From Moniliella sp. 'wahieum' (lineage: Eukaryota), in contig RSEE01000001.1 in NCBI GenBank assembly GCA_003971905.1, forward strand, positions 1,116,001 to 1,180,000: a stretch of 64,000 nt of DNA, read 5' to 3'. The translations under genes were made by a program, and so were the position numbers. Positions 1 through 13,500 of this stretch are shown here, in pieces. Under the pieces are notes generated by a model. It saw nothing but the letters and a program-made list of their open reading frames with translations, had not been told where the DNA came from and searched no databases. Position 1 is the first letter of the stretch. The number at the start of each line of letters is the position of its first letter.

Positions 1-2092
1 GTCCCGTGGTGTTGCGCAACCCTCTAGCTGTCTGCCAGCTTGTCCGGCTTGCCGCCAAGATTGCGGAGGAGGACCCAGATCGGCGTCGGCAGATGCTTGA
101 TTTGCTCGAGGCGTGGTTGCGGCACACGAGCGATATGGTCAACTACGAGGCAGCTAAAGCAATTTGCGAGTTGCGTGGTGTGAACGAGGTGGAACTCACC
201 AAACCTGTTTCGGTGCTGCGGGTCTTTCTCGGAAGTCCCCGGGGGGTTCTTAAGTTTGCTGCCATTCGCACGTTGTCCAACTTGGCCCAGACTCATCCGC
301 AGGCGGTCAAGGCATGCAACCTCGAGATGGAAAACCTGATTACGGACCCAAACCGCAGCGTAGCGACCTTTGCTATCACACACTCTCCTCAAGACGGGCA
401 ATGAGGCAAGTGTGGACCGTCTGATGAAGCAAATTTCCTCCTTCATGACGGAAATTAGCGATGAATTTAAGGTGGTCGTGCTCGATGCGATTCGGTCATT
501 GTGCCTCAAGTTCCCCTCTAAACAGTCTGTCATGCTTAATTTCCTTTACTCGGTCCTTCGCGAGGAAGGGGGTTATGATTTCAAACGCACGGTTGTGGAT
601 GCAATCATTGACATGATCCGATTCGTCGGGGATTGCAAAGAAGTCGCTCTGGCACATCTGTGTGAGTTTATCGAAGATTGTGAATTCACCAAGCTCTCGG
701 TCCGCATCCTCCACTTACTTGGTCAGGAGGGGCCTTTCATGCCTGCGCCAGCCAAGTTCATCCGCTACATCTACAACCGCGTCATTCTTGAGAATGCTAT
801 TGTTCGGGCAGCGGCAGTCAACAGTCTGGCCAAATTTGGCCTTCATGTACCCAAGTTGCGCCCTCGCATCTCTGTTCTCCTCGAACGCTGCACGGATGAC
901 GTTGACGACGAAGTGCGCGACCGCGCTGTGATTCAACTGGCCCTCCTTCGTCAGCCTCCGCTAGGTGCCAAGCTGCTCGGATCTGATACCAAATCCACAT
1001 TCCGTCTTGCAGCGCTAGAAGAACAACTGACGGGATATTTGGCTGACCCGGCGGCCCAGGCCCAGCCCTTTGATGCTGCCTCCGTTCCTCGCATCACTCA
1101 CGAGGAGGCGACCCAGGCCGCATTGCGGGCCAAAAACGATGCCATCGCTTCGGTCGCGATGGGTTCGGACGCCACGGCGCGCGGGCATTCGGGCAGGAGG
1201 CCCATCCACTTCCGCTGCGGGCGCGGCGGCGATGGGTGCCCCCACCGCATCCCCTCTCCCTCCTACTGCAGCGACGGGCGAGTCGGCATATGCTGCACAG
1301 CTTGCTTCTGTGCCCGCTTTGGCCGAACTGGGGCCTGTACTGCACTCGTCCCGCCAGCCCGTGCTGCACAGAAAGCGAAACAGAGTACACCGTCGCTGCT
1401 GTCAAGCACGTGTTCCCATCCCACTTCGTGGTGCAGTACAATGTGACCAACACGCTCTCCGACACGGTGCTGGAGGACGTGCACGTCGCAGTTGACGGTG
1501 CCTTTGCCGAGGCTGGAGTGGAGCTCGAATCGATCGTGCCTGCTCCGCATGCTTTGACTGTCGCTGAGCCCACGGCATCGACGTACGTCATCTTTAAGCG
1601 GGGCTCATTCCCCTTGTTCTCGTTGGAAAACACGCTCAAGTTTACCTCGAAAGAGGTGGACCCCGTCTCGGGCGAACCCGAGGACGAAGGATATGCGGAC
1701 GAGTACCAGACTCTTGCTCTGGAAGTGGATGCAGCAGACTACATCGACCCCGCCTATGCTGACTTTGCCTCCGAATGGCCCGCCTTAGTGCAGGCGACGG
1801 TCAAGGAAACGTTTGCCTTGACGGCGATGCAAACGCTGCAGGAGGCGTGCGACCAGTTGGTCGAGTTGTATGGGATGCAACCTCTCGAAGGCACCGAGAC
1901 GGTGGGGGCAGCTACAGTCCACACACTCCTCCTTGCTGGTATGGTGTCGGTGCGTCCGATGAGGGCAAACCTGCCAAGGTGTTGGCCCGCTTCCGCATGA
2001 CGCTCGATGGCACGGAGGGTGTCATGCTTGAGCTCACTGCCCACTCGACTTCGGATCCAGCCGTGCAGCTTGTTGCTTCTGTCTTTGCCTAG
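1..2092 (+). CDS. SEC21: Coatomer subunit gamma (COPG/Sec21), 5'-partial, frameshifted
   Basis: Consecutive ORF pieces carry gamma-COP motifs: DMVNYEAAKAIC, LLKTGNEASVDRLMKQI, LAHLCEFIEDCEFTKL, RYIYNRVILEN, DDVDDEVRDRA, TESETEYTV..VKH, FTSKEVDPVSGEPEDEGY. Confidence 0.95.
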
Positions 2093-2909
2093 TTCCATCT
2101 CCCGACGCCATTCGCCTTTCAAAACTCAATCGATGCTGCGCCTCTCGTTTGGTCTTACAGTGATGTGGATAGTGTAGTGAAACGCAGTATTTTGTCCGGA
2201 CTGGATTGAGGTCGGCGATGTCGACTAGTGAAAGAGAGTCAGCGGACAACTTATCCATGCTGCGGTTATTCTCCGCGGCCGGGCGTGATTGCGCTCATCA
2301 GTATACGCCCTAATGGCCACCATAGTCAACGTTCAACCCAGGTGCTAGTGCCCGTCGCGTTCAGCCAGTCCCGTCGCCCCCCCAACACAATTCGTACAGG
2401 CCTGAAAGCCATGCCCCGCCCCCCCGAGTTATAGGCGCAGGAGAGAGAGTGCTGCTGATGAAGTGATTACAGACAATGCCATTGTCGATGGAGCACCGAT
2501 GTTGATGGAGCTGAACGAGGAGCTGCGTAGGGGGAATCAGGTGTGGTTGCCGCCAACAAGGGCACTTTCACATGGGGTTGTGCGGCCGGGGCGGGGTGCG
2601 ATGGGGCCCACGTAACCCAAACCCCAACAGTTTTTAATTACACGATGTCCTGCGTAGCAGGGCAGGACTTGGTCAGTAGGGTTGCCAGCAGAAGGGCAGT
2701 GTTGAGCCGGGCATTGCGGGGGCACGCTTCAGGACAGAATTAGAATCCCTCTGTGGAGAAACAGGCCATGGCGGCGATCGTCACGTGTGAGCGTCAACCA
2801 CAATGCGAGCGCGTGGCCAACGCTTGCGCGGCTGCCACCACTCCTTTCAAGACCTTCAAACTTCACCACCCATCATTCACCCTCTATCCTCACCTCCACC
2901 TTCACCACC

Positions 2910-5372
2910 ATGTCGATGGAGCGCAAATCCAAGGTGGGCAAAGCACCTACAGCCCTAGGAGGCGAAGAGGCTGTTAGCGCGGCCGCCCATCGCGAAGCCA
3001 AGCTGATGCAGAGCTTCAACTTGGACGGCTCCGTGTCCGCCCCTGCACCCAGTCGGGAGGAGCTCAACATTTTCGCCGCGTACAAGGCACGCTTCCGCGA
3101 GGATCCTCTTGCATTTCTCCATATGGTATGGGATTATGGTGTCGGCGCGGACTGGCGTAGCTACAAACTACATTGGTGCTCCTATCCTTTATCCCTCTGC
3201 CACAGTTGAGGCGATCCACAGCCTGGTCATGAGTGAGGCTGTGCAGCTGCGTATCAACCAGCTTGCCACTGCTCGGGTCGACGCTCTCCTTCCCGACGAC
3301 TCTGCTCCCAAGACAAACAAGGAACGCAAGGCCTACATTATTTTCAAGCAGCGCAAACACGCCGACATGGTTCGCCAGCTCTCCGATACGACGCGCGGGA
3401 TTGCAGAAAAAATGGCTGCACGGCTGGACAGCCCTCCAGTTCTCAAGATTTTCGCGGCTACAGTCAACAATGTTCTCGGCCGCCTGTACCACCAAGGCGT
3501 TTTCATCAACGTTTCAGAGATCATTGCCCTGCGCCAAATCGCACTGAAAGCAGCGGAGAAGAAACAGAGCATCGTCTTCCTTCCCTGTCACAATCCACAT
3601 TGACTACCTCACTGTAAGCTGGATCATGTTCCGCATCGGATCGCCGTTCCGCACATTGTGGCTGGGGAAAACCTGGACATGCCTCTTGTCGGCGACTTTC
3701 TCCGTAAGGGGGCGCAATGTTCATTCGCCGCTCCTTTAAAGGAGACCAACTGTATCCCGTTGTGATTCGCGAGTACATTGAGCAGGTCATCGCCTCGGGC
3801 AAGAATCTCGAATGTTTTATTGAAGGCACTCGATCCCGCACGGGCAAGCTCCTTCCCCCCAAATTTGGCATCTTGAGCTACATTGTCGATGCGTTTTTGG
3901 CCGGCCGCACATCGGACGTGTGGATCTGCCCCATCTCGCTCCAGTACGACAGTGTTATTGAGAGCGAAACGTACGTGTCGGAGCTGCTTGGCAAACCGAA
4001 AGAGTCCGAGTCGCTTATGGGTCTCCTGAGTGGCTCAACTGATATTCTCCAACTCAAGATGGGGCGGATCGACATTCGTTTCCAGCAACCTTGGTCGCTG
4101 AAAGAGTTTGTCGACTCGGAACAGATCAGTCGCACAGCTGCTCAGGGGGTCGAGTTCCAGCCCCGCACTCCAAAGGACAATCATATTCTGCTCAAGAGTC
4201 TGGGTTACCGCGTATTGAGTGACATTAACCGCGTGAGTGTCGTCATGCCTGCCGCTCTGGTGGGAACTGTGATCCTTACCCTCCGCGGCCGAGGGTGGGC
4301 AAACGTGAGCTCATTCACCGGGTCGAAATGTTGCGCGCACGCATCCTCCAGAAGGGCTACCGTGTTGCCGACTTTGGCACGATGTCCACCTCGGAGGTGG
4401 TGGACCGCGCGCTGGGATTGATGAAGGGCCTGATTGTTGTCCACAATGACTTGCTCGAGCCTACCTTTGAGCCAGTCAAGCGCTTTGATCTCTCCCTCTA
4501 CCGCAACCAAACGATCCACTGCTTTGTCTCCGAGGTACTCTTGGCCGCCACGTTCTACACGACCATGAAGCAAGGTCCCTCTCACAGCTCTGGGATGATG
4601 GCCCGGGACGAATTTGTGACTGAGGTCTCCTTCCTCTCGTGGATTCTCAAAATGAGTTTATCTTCCCTCCTGGTCGGATCGAGGACACTGTGCAACGGGG
4701 GATCCAGGAAATGGAGGCAGATGGTGTCTTCACTGTCGCTGAAGATGGGCAATTGGCCTTAGGGCCGAGGAGATTGCGAGTGGGCGGGAAACATTTGATT
4801 CCTATCTCTTCATGGTTTGGCCATTCATTGAGGGTTACTGGCTTGCTGCATGTGCCTTACTCTGTCTCATGCCTTCTTCGGAGCTTGAAACGGGGGAGCA
4901 CATCGTTTGGGTCAGCGCCAAAGAGTTTGAGAAGCGCGCTCAATTGTTTGGCAAGACGCTCTACCAGCAAGGCGAGCTCTCTTACCTTGAGGCCAACTCC
5001 ATCGCTGTTCTGCAGCAAGCTATGGTGAGGTATCAAGAGATGGGAATCCTTATGCGACGCTCTTCTAAGGCGATCAAGCCCATCCCTATCATTGGATTGC
5101 ACCCGGACTGGAAACCCCAATGGGAGGAGGTCCAAGGAGAACGGCGTCCGCGACCAATGGGCCGGCTTTGGGATTACCTCGTTCACCTCGGCACCTTCCG
5201 ACGTGAGGGAAGGACCGCAGGGAAGCGCTCATGGGTCAGCGGATCTTGCAAAACGCTTCGGGCAACACAGCACCTGTCATCGAACGTTCCCCTTGGCCAG
5301 AACGTCCGGTCGAGGCCTTGGCGCACCTTTAGAGGGCCAGTTTGGATCTTATACCCCAAGGCCAAATTTTAA
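2910..5372 (+). CDS. Glycerol-3-phosphate/dihydroxyacetone-phosphate acyltransferase (PlsB/GNPAT family), frameshifted
   Basis: Acyltransferase blocks FLPCH(x)SHIDY, AGENLDMP, FIRRSF, FIEGTRSRTGKLLPPKFGILS across shifting frames. Confidence 0.88.
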
Positions 5373-5700
5373 GCGCGTACAAGCGCACTTGCAAGCTGTT
5401 TGGTCAATCATTCGGCCTCTCTCTGTAAATGTGTTGCAAGATAGGGGGGAACGTGATGCGCTGTACTTCAAGCTTCTGTGTGCTGCTGCATGATACTCTG
5501 TTAAGGGGGGTGACGCAAATATTTGACCTGAAAACCAACCAACACGCGCGCGATTGGAAGTGAATCGTGAAGGTGGTCGGGGTGCAAACAGGAACTCATA
5601 CCCAAAGTTTGTGGAGAGGATGGCTGCGAAGAGGGTCAAAGTTGGAGAGAATGCACACCGCTTTTGGACAGAACACGTGTGGTAGATGCACAAAAAAGGA

Positions 5701-5771
5701 TGCCTCTTGGCCGAATCGAACGACCGATCTTCTCATTACTAGTGAGATGCTTACCACTGAGCCAAAGAGGC
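5701..5771 (-). tRNA. tRNA-Thr(AGT)
   Basis: Reverse complement GCCTCTTTGGCTCAGTGGTAAGCATCTCACTAGTAATGAGAAGATCGGTCGTTCGATTCGGCCAAGAGGCA folds as a cloverleaf; anticodon AGT; downstream T6 Pol III terminator. Confidence 0.95.
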
Positions 5772-6146
5772 GTAGTGATTGAAGAAATGTAATTCCTAAA
5801 ACTTGGTACAGGCCTCCATTGATGTTAGTCCATCCACTACAATGTTAGACCGTAACCCTACAGCTGCTTCTACCCAAAGCCCAACTCGATATAGCAGTAG
5901 TTACGCATCCCTATTTAGTAGGTGAAATCATATAGGTTCGATTGTCATCTTCTTTTCCTGATCCATAGGTCCTTATTCACTGTGGTCAGGCCGCGATCAG
6001 GCCAACACGGCACCCTAAACCACATAACAAGCAGCGTCGATACTGTAACGCGTAACCGTCATGAGGAGCGATGAGCACGCCGACACTCTTTTTCCCAGGT
6101 TGCTAACACAGAAAAAAAGGATGACGAGGTGGGAGGGACAAAATAT

Positions 6147-6233
6147 TTCCCCGACCGGGAGTCGAACCCGGGTCTTGACGGTTCCCTGCTGTGCAGTGAG
6201 AGCGTCACATCATAGCCGTTGGACCATCGAGGA
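6147..6233 (-). tRNA. tRNA-Glu(CTC) with 15-nt intron
   Basis: TCCTCGATGGTCCAACGGCTATGATGTGACG-CTCTCA-[CTGCACAGCAGGGAA]-CCGTCAAGACCCGGGTTCGACTCCCGGTCGGGGAA; intron at the canonical 37/38 position. Confidence 0.92.
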
Positions 6234-7037
6234 TTATTCATGAGACCCATCAATTCAAATGTATTTACACCCTCTGGTAATTCTTCATTTTCCCTGCGTT
6301 TCTCATATAGCACCCTGTTCCTCATGATGAACACGTCTCTTGGCCTCTTCTTTGTCCTCATGTCACACGAGAGAGCCTCCGTAGGAGCCTATAAGCTCCC
6401 TCCTTGTTTTTTCCCTGCATTTGGTTCGGTTGTGTCTGCCTCAAGATCGGGATGGCTCTCGTAGCATCAACAGAACTACTGTCCCAGACCAACAACTTTT
6501 ATTCCTGCGACCACGCAGCTCTTCTTCTGAAATTCCTCCATCAGATATACACACTCCCCGGGACATATACTGCCTTCGATGTCCATAACCGTCATGGGCG
6601 TCATGCATGAAACGGCCTGTACTTCAACGAAAAAGTGTGGCTAAAAATAAACTACAGTGTTGTGTTCTACTATTATGAGCTTCGAAGACCTTGACGGCAT
6701 CATCGTGGCGTTTATATTCGTTATTGTGCATCTGGGTATGAGGCACTTATGGGGGCACGTTGTTGAAAAGGAACGAAGCTTTTCCAGTTCGCGATAAGAG
6801 ATAGGACAGGATAGAGACCCCAAAGTACAAAAATGGTGGGACACAAACAGCAGAAGTCTACGCAATGCGCAGAGGGCTGTGGATAAGAAAAGTGGGGTAG
6901 CCAGTGGACGCAGTATGAAGAGATAAAAACAAGAAGAAATGTCGTTATTGCGACGTAAACGTAACAACTGAAAGGTAGAAGAATGTGCTCCCCCGTCAAT
7001 TCGGCAAAATGCCGAGAAGGAGATCTCAGCAGTACAA

Positions 7038-8494
7038 TTAGAGGACAACCCCAAAGCCCCGACGAATACCCCGCAATACCGGCAGACAGGCCTACACGTG
7101 GGGCGAGGCTCAAAGCGGATCCCTTGGTCGGCACTGGAACCTGCGGCGCTACCAGGAACAGCAGGGGAAGTAGCCGTGCTGATGGACGCAGCAGAGGCGG
7201 AGGAAGACGGTACAACACTGGTCGTCGTAACGGGTGCGGCCGTGAAGATGGCCGAACTTGCCTGGATCACATTTGCGCTGGGAACGCCATAGGATGGATG
7301 TGCCTGAGATGTACTGTTCGAAATCAGGGTAGACCACCGTTTGTTCGTGATAGGGCATCGTGTTGTTCTGGCACACTTGCACGGAGTAACGTGTTTGAAG
7401 GCTTGCTTGATTTTGGGAAGGAATTGCATGGCCATGTTCTCCGTGTTGGGGCTCAACTCGTGCGAAAGAACAATAATGCCGCCAGTTTGGAGAGCTGGAC
7501 TGGATCCTTGCGAAATCAAGATTGGTAGTTGGCCTCAATGCTGGCGGTGGGGGCGTTGCCATCGGGGACAATGTTCCAGTCATTAGTGTCTTCGTTGTCT
7601 CCCCAAATGATCGTCTCCAGTCCCAAGGCGTGAGCAATAGACCTCACGCGGTCATCCACGTCGCCATAAGGCGGGCGCCAGACGTTACCGTCACGCCGGT
7701 CACATACTTGATTGCCTTGGCCGTGTAGTACAACTCAGCAAAGACTTGGGAAGAGTGAGCGCGGTCATGTAGTTGTGAGACCATGTATGGGCAGACAGAA
7801 TGTGCCCATCTGTCAGACCCCTTTGGGCTTGCAAGGGGTAACCGATCACGTTAGAACCAATGTAAAGAGCGTGGCAGTTTGATTTTGCTGCTGGAGGAAG
7901 TCGTAAACGCGTTGTGGCTGCACTCGGGACCATCGTCGTAGGTGAGCCCCCATGTGCCAGGCTCTTCGCAACGCGATACATCGGCTGAGAGGCCTTTGAG
8001 CTTGGGTGTGGTACAGCCCGTAGCGGTCCACCAACAATCTGGGTCGGCATTGACATCGTATTTGGTCCCCTTTTGGCTGTTGAGCGGACTGCCTTTGGGA
8101 GGGATGTTAGGGATGGAGCCCTTAATCGAGTTCCACAAGGTCAAAGCGTCCGTGTCGTTATTCATGATGTCGGCAATCTTCCAGCTTGTAGGGAAAGAGG
8201 ATTGGAACTGGAGGACAGGCTGGTAGTTCGAGTAACCGCACTCGAACTTGGCATCGTGATTCTTGCCAAACGAGGCATCGTTTTCAGTGCTTCCGGTACC
8301 ATCGCCCTGGGGAAGGCGCTTTACCAGCATCGGCATGTTATTGTGCATCTTTGCCACCATTTGGTCGAAATGGGCCAGCGGGCAGCAGGGGGGTTGGTTG
8401 ACAATCTCATCCCGGTGTTGGAGCGGGTCGTGGGTAAGAACCATTCCCGCCGAATAGTTGCCGCAAGCAACGCAAGGTGAAGCGAGTTGATCAT
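7038..8494 (-). CDS. Secreted, probably GPI-anchored chitin deacetylase (CE4/NodB domain), frameshifted
   Basis: Signal-peptide-like MINSLHLALLAA; CWWTATGC; WGLTYDDGP; HTWSH; GIIVLSHEL; Ser/Thr/Ala-rich tail and hydrophobic C-terminus. Confidence 0.9.
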
Positions 8495-10590
8495 CCTGAA
8501 CGACCGCGTCAAATGATGAGAGAAGAGGAAAAAAGAGAAGGATCGATGGGGGGGGGGTGGAGGGATAATGGATGAGAGGAAGGCTGTGCCCCACCGCATC
8601 ATATTATAAACAGACGTCGAGGTAACCACACTTGGCAGACCAGCGCCTTCCCCCAAAACGGAGCCAATATAAGGCTTCACACTGTGATATGCCATACACA
8701 ACACGCCTACATACACTGGTAGTCGCCGGTGTCAGTATATTTACTGAGAAGAAGGGTAACTATTAGCTCAATTGCACACATGCAGTTGTATGATGCACTA
8801 CAACATCATTGATGAGTTCTGATCGATCTGAGAGGGGGGAAAGAACAGACGATGTAAACGTTCTCACCGGTCGTCTCACAGTTCAGATTGTTATATGCAT
8901 CTTCAGGCTCAGGCTGTTCTCGCTTCAAGCTTCACCTTCCCTATGATAGCCAACAAACGAGAAAATTACGCGTAGACTGTGTGCATCATCGATCATCGTA
9001 CATCGAAGCGCACACACACTCCTACTATTGTCAGAAAAGAACGCCGACTCTCCTCCCTTCACAAAGACGATGTTTTTGCTTGTGAGCATGTCTTCGAGCA
9101 TATATGCGATGACAATAAAGCGTAGCCATGGGAGCCATTGGGGCCACAGGCTGGTGTGTGGGGCAAAAGCTTTTCCTCCCATCTCCGACACAGGGTATAG
9201 AGTAGGGGCGAACTAGGGGTGTAAGCTGTAAGGCGCACTTGTGCATATTATGGGGGCCAACTGGCAGGCGGCCTGAAGCCTGCTTTCTCATGGCGACGCT
9301 GCACGCCACACCGCAGCCGGTATATAACACTGAGTACTGACTTGCTATTGCCCTCGATGTCTCTGCTTTTGGGTTATATGCATGTACCTACGCACACTTA
9401 TATCTGCCGGCGCACTCCACATCAAACACCGATCGTCCTCTCTTTTCTATACTCCATCTGCCCCCCTTCGAACCAACTCTTCTTCATCGGTTTGCACCGT
9501 ATATCATTGCATTCCAAAAGCTTCTTAAGTGTACTAGTGGGAAATGAGTGACACGGTTACTTTTTTGCCCACCCCCCCCAGAAGACTCGCTCAACCGGCG
9601 TTTTCTGTTGAGCCACCGGGTGGCTCGTGCTTTGGCCAATGTCCCTTCAGTTCCTCCTCAGGCCTAGGAGTTCCGTGTTTTCCTTGTTCCGCAGCTTAGC
9701 CCCTGGTGGCGACTCGCTGCTTGATGTTCCTCATAGGCGTTGCTGGTTGGCTTACCACCACCACCACCATCAGTGCGATTGCATCACCCTCGAGGACCAT
9801 CCGGACTCCAGGTCTCATCATTTTCTAGTATACTAATCGAGCCCACTGGATAGTTAGGAGCGAATGGCGTTTTACAAGTTACTAAATGGCTTCCTTCAAG
9901 CTTCAGCTTCATCGGCCCTTCATGCTTCATCAGCGCATCAGCCCTCCAAATTCATCGGCCGTCACAGAAGCTCTAGTTCAACACCTGCGAGATAGTCATT
10001 TTCTTAGATCGGACTCTACTATAGCGGGAGGTGTGGGTTATGCGAGTTACGCCGGTTACGCGTTCCGCGCGTTACGCGTTACGGTTGAACGATGAACTTG
10101 TGATCAACGTTCATGAACGCGGTGAACGTGCTAGGCGTAAGCGATGATGGGCTCCTCCACACGCTTCTAAATGGCGAAACTCAACGCTTTTTCGCTCTTC
10201 GTCGAAATCAGCGCAGCTCTGAGAGTCTGGGGTTGCTCGCCAGGATCACCGATCACCTCGTGAACCATATTTTTGTTCGCCCTCGCCGACCCGCGCAACG
10301 CTTTGCCTCGAGATACGTCCTGTCTGGCATGCTCATCTCATGCACAGCCGTAGCCGTAGCCGTCCCACGGCTGATGGCTTGGCCACGTTGAGCTTGCTGT
10401 AACATGTCATTCGCGCTCAGTTCCCTGGCAACGTGTCTTCAACGTTCAACGTGTAATTTGAACGTTCAGCCGCGTAGCCTGGGGCATGGGTCCTCATCGA
10501 CTCAGTGAGTACTCATCGATCATCGATCAACCTCCAGCCTCAGCACCACTGCACTCCACATTGGCCTCACATCATCCATCATCCATCATC

Positions 10591-13500
10591 ATGCATGACC
10601 CCACCGGCACCGCTGCTAGGGTTGCGGCCGCCGGTGCTGTTTCGAGGCACGGGGGCTGTGCTGTGGGCGCGAGGCGGGAGGCCCCTGGGGTGGGGCCAGT
10701 GGATCATCACACTGCCGCCACGCCGGGCGGAGTTTCCCCACGTGCCGCGTCGATGCTGCATGCAGTCCAGAGCCAGCGCCTGCCCACCACCATCTCCTCC
10801 CCGCCCCCAACCCACGCCCACGCTCGCGCCCTCGCTCGCGCCCGCCTCTGCCTTCCCGTCACTTGCCCACCCCCCACTACCACCTCTTCCGCTCTGTCTG
10901 CGCACCTCTCTGCAAATGCCTCCGCCTCTGTTCAAGTGGAGGAAGGCGCGCCCGCAACCGAGTCTTCGCCGCGATCCAGCTCCCCTGCTGCGTCCTCTGC
11001 GCGTGGCCGGGGCACCCCACTACTGCCGGAACTGTCACTGTCAAATAGTACGTCGCACCTCTGTTCGAACGATACCGTTCTAACATGGCTTTTACAGACT
11101 CGCTCCTCCCACAGCTTAGCAGCCGATTTGCCTTGCTTCGAGGACAGGATGCGCAGGACATACGAGACCGGCTTCGAGCCCAGCGGCAGCGTGGCACTGA
11201 TGCATACCTGACCGAGCAAGAGGAGTCCGACTTGCTAGCCCAGTGGCAGCTTCCTCCCGCCTCCTCTGCAACTGGGCCCACATTGACCCCCTTCTCATCC
11301 TCATCTTCGACCTCGGGATTGGATCGTCTCTGATGAGCTGCTGAGCAACATGTCTGCCTCCGCGTCGAGCTGCCCCCTCCGCCCACGCGACCCCAGTTTC
11401 TCTCCTCAATGGGTCGGGCTTCGGTAGTATCGAGTACCTCCTTTCCCGCCGCCCCGGAACCGAGAACACCGAAAGCCAATGCGCCAGGACCCACCAGTGG
11501 CTCTGTTGAATCCCAACTGGAGGCTACGTCAGCATCAACCGTGCCACAGAACTTGCACATGACGAAGATCAGGAAGAAATGATGGACGACCTTCCTGCAG
11601 ACGGGGAATTCCGAAACCCCAAACGGCAAAGTGTCTTGGAGAACTTGTCACCAGAAAATTACAAGAGAGTCAGCCTAGCGCTCGAGCAGGTTCTCCAGGA
11701 CTTGGACGGTCCGGTTCCGAGGCCTCTGAAGAAGGGGATGTGGGTTCCCAAGACACCTCGTCCGCCCGCCCTATATCGACTGTCTCGGTGGAATCGCTTG
11801 CCATTGGGGTTCCAGGAGGGTTCCCCACTCGTCCTTCTCGCTCTCTCGACCAACAGGAGGTGCGCTCTCCCAGCAGACCCTCCGTGGTCGTCCCACCCCA
11901 CTGCGCGGTCTCCTTCACATCCGCACTTACTACCGACCCCTGGGCTTTCTTCCAGAGGACCCTTACCTATGCCTTCACGTGGCGCTCCGCCTTCTCGGCT
12001 AAAGGCAATGTTCAGAGAATGACAGCACTGCTGAACCAGCTTTCTCGCGCCGCTCCTGAACCATTCATCAAACACTCTTTTCTCCTTCTACCTCTATGCA
12101 CCCCATTCCCGCGCCGGTTTCCAACACAGATGCACCCATCGCCAAAGGGGATGCGTCAGTTTCTAAGGCGGACGTGCACGCGACAAATGCGAACACGCCC
12201 TCCTCTCAGTCTATGCAAAAGCATATCTCTGGTTCGCGGTCAGAGTCGTCCGGTTGCTCTTTTACCACTGCATCTGACTTGGAGGCTGAATCGGAAGGTC
12301 CGCTTGAAGCGGAGGGATGCCACTAAGCGCAAAGGAAACTAAGCCACTTCACCATCAGCAAAGGTTACAAATGAGAGGCTGACTCTGCCCCGGGTGCCAT
12401 CACATGCGTCTTTCCCCGTCGCAGGGACCGATGCTGTGGAGGATGCGGCTCTTCCCGACACTGAGCCTCAGCAGTCTGAATCAGAGGTTGAATCCTGGTC
12501 CATCCTTAATCATCCCTCCCTCGCCGGCCTAGCTCTTTCTCCGTCCTCCTTGGAGTCTGCGCCACACCCTGTGAGGCGGGCGTTGGTTCCTATAGACTCT
12601 TCCTACCTGTTGACACTGGCTCTTTCTCCACAGCGGAAATCGACCCCGCTAAAGAGAGGGCGCGGAGGATCGCGCAGCACAGCTGTTCGGGGGAAACGGA
12701 GCCGTTTGATCAGCCTAAACCCTTGATGTGCCCACTTTCCAAAGCCGTCCACGTCTTCCAACCCCATTAGGGAAGCCTCCTCATGGGGTAGCGGAGGAAG
12801 CGCTCCAGGGCTATACGAGGGAGCGGCGTCACGGGCAAGTGCGGCAGCGTCGCACGAGGAGGAAGCGGAGGAAGCGGGGAAAGTGGTGGAAGCTTTCCAC
12901 GAGCAAAGGGAAGCCTCCTGAGGGGAAGCACTGCTTCGCCCCGTAGGAGCGAGGGAATGATCTCGCCCTACACTCAGGACCTTAAAGCCTTAACGGCTCA
13001 GATCCAGTCGGATGATTCAATTCACCTTGGTGTACCACTGGAGCAAGGGGTGGCATCTCCTGTCGTCGTTACGCATTCTCAAAGGAACTTTTCTCGGCCC
13101 GCCTCCAACTACCAAGCAGATGATGTACTTCATCACTCCGATTCAGAATTTGGACACGCATTTCTCCAGTCGTGTCTCTCCGTGGTTCTTCATCTGGTCC
13201 AATGCGGGAATCGGCCAGTAATCACCTTCTTTCGTCTTGACAAAGTCGAACTCGGATCACGAAGGGGAGGGCTCGCACCCCTCTCACACATCTCCCCGGT
13301 TCCTGCTTCATCAACCCTTTCCTCTCCCGTTCCGAGACTGGCTCCTCTCCCTTCACCTGGTGCAGAGACTGTTTCTCCTCTTCCCTCCCTAGAGCAGAGA
13401 CCATTCCTCACCTTTTCCACTCGAGTGGAGACCGTTCTCCCATTTCTTCTCGAGTGAGAGACCGTTCCTCCATTCCAGTGGAGACCGTTCCTCCCCTTCT

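Noticed and set aside
6240..6640. Short ORFs upstream of tRNA-Glu as a gene or tRNA-targeting element
   Set aside because: No motif, terminal repeats or TSD could be supported
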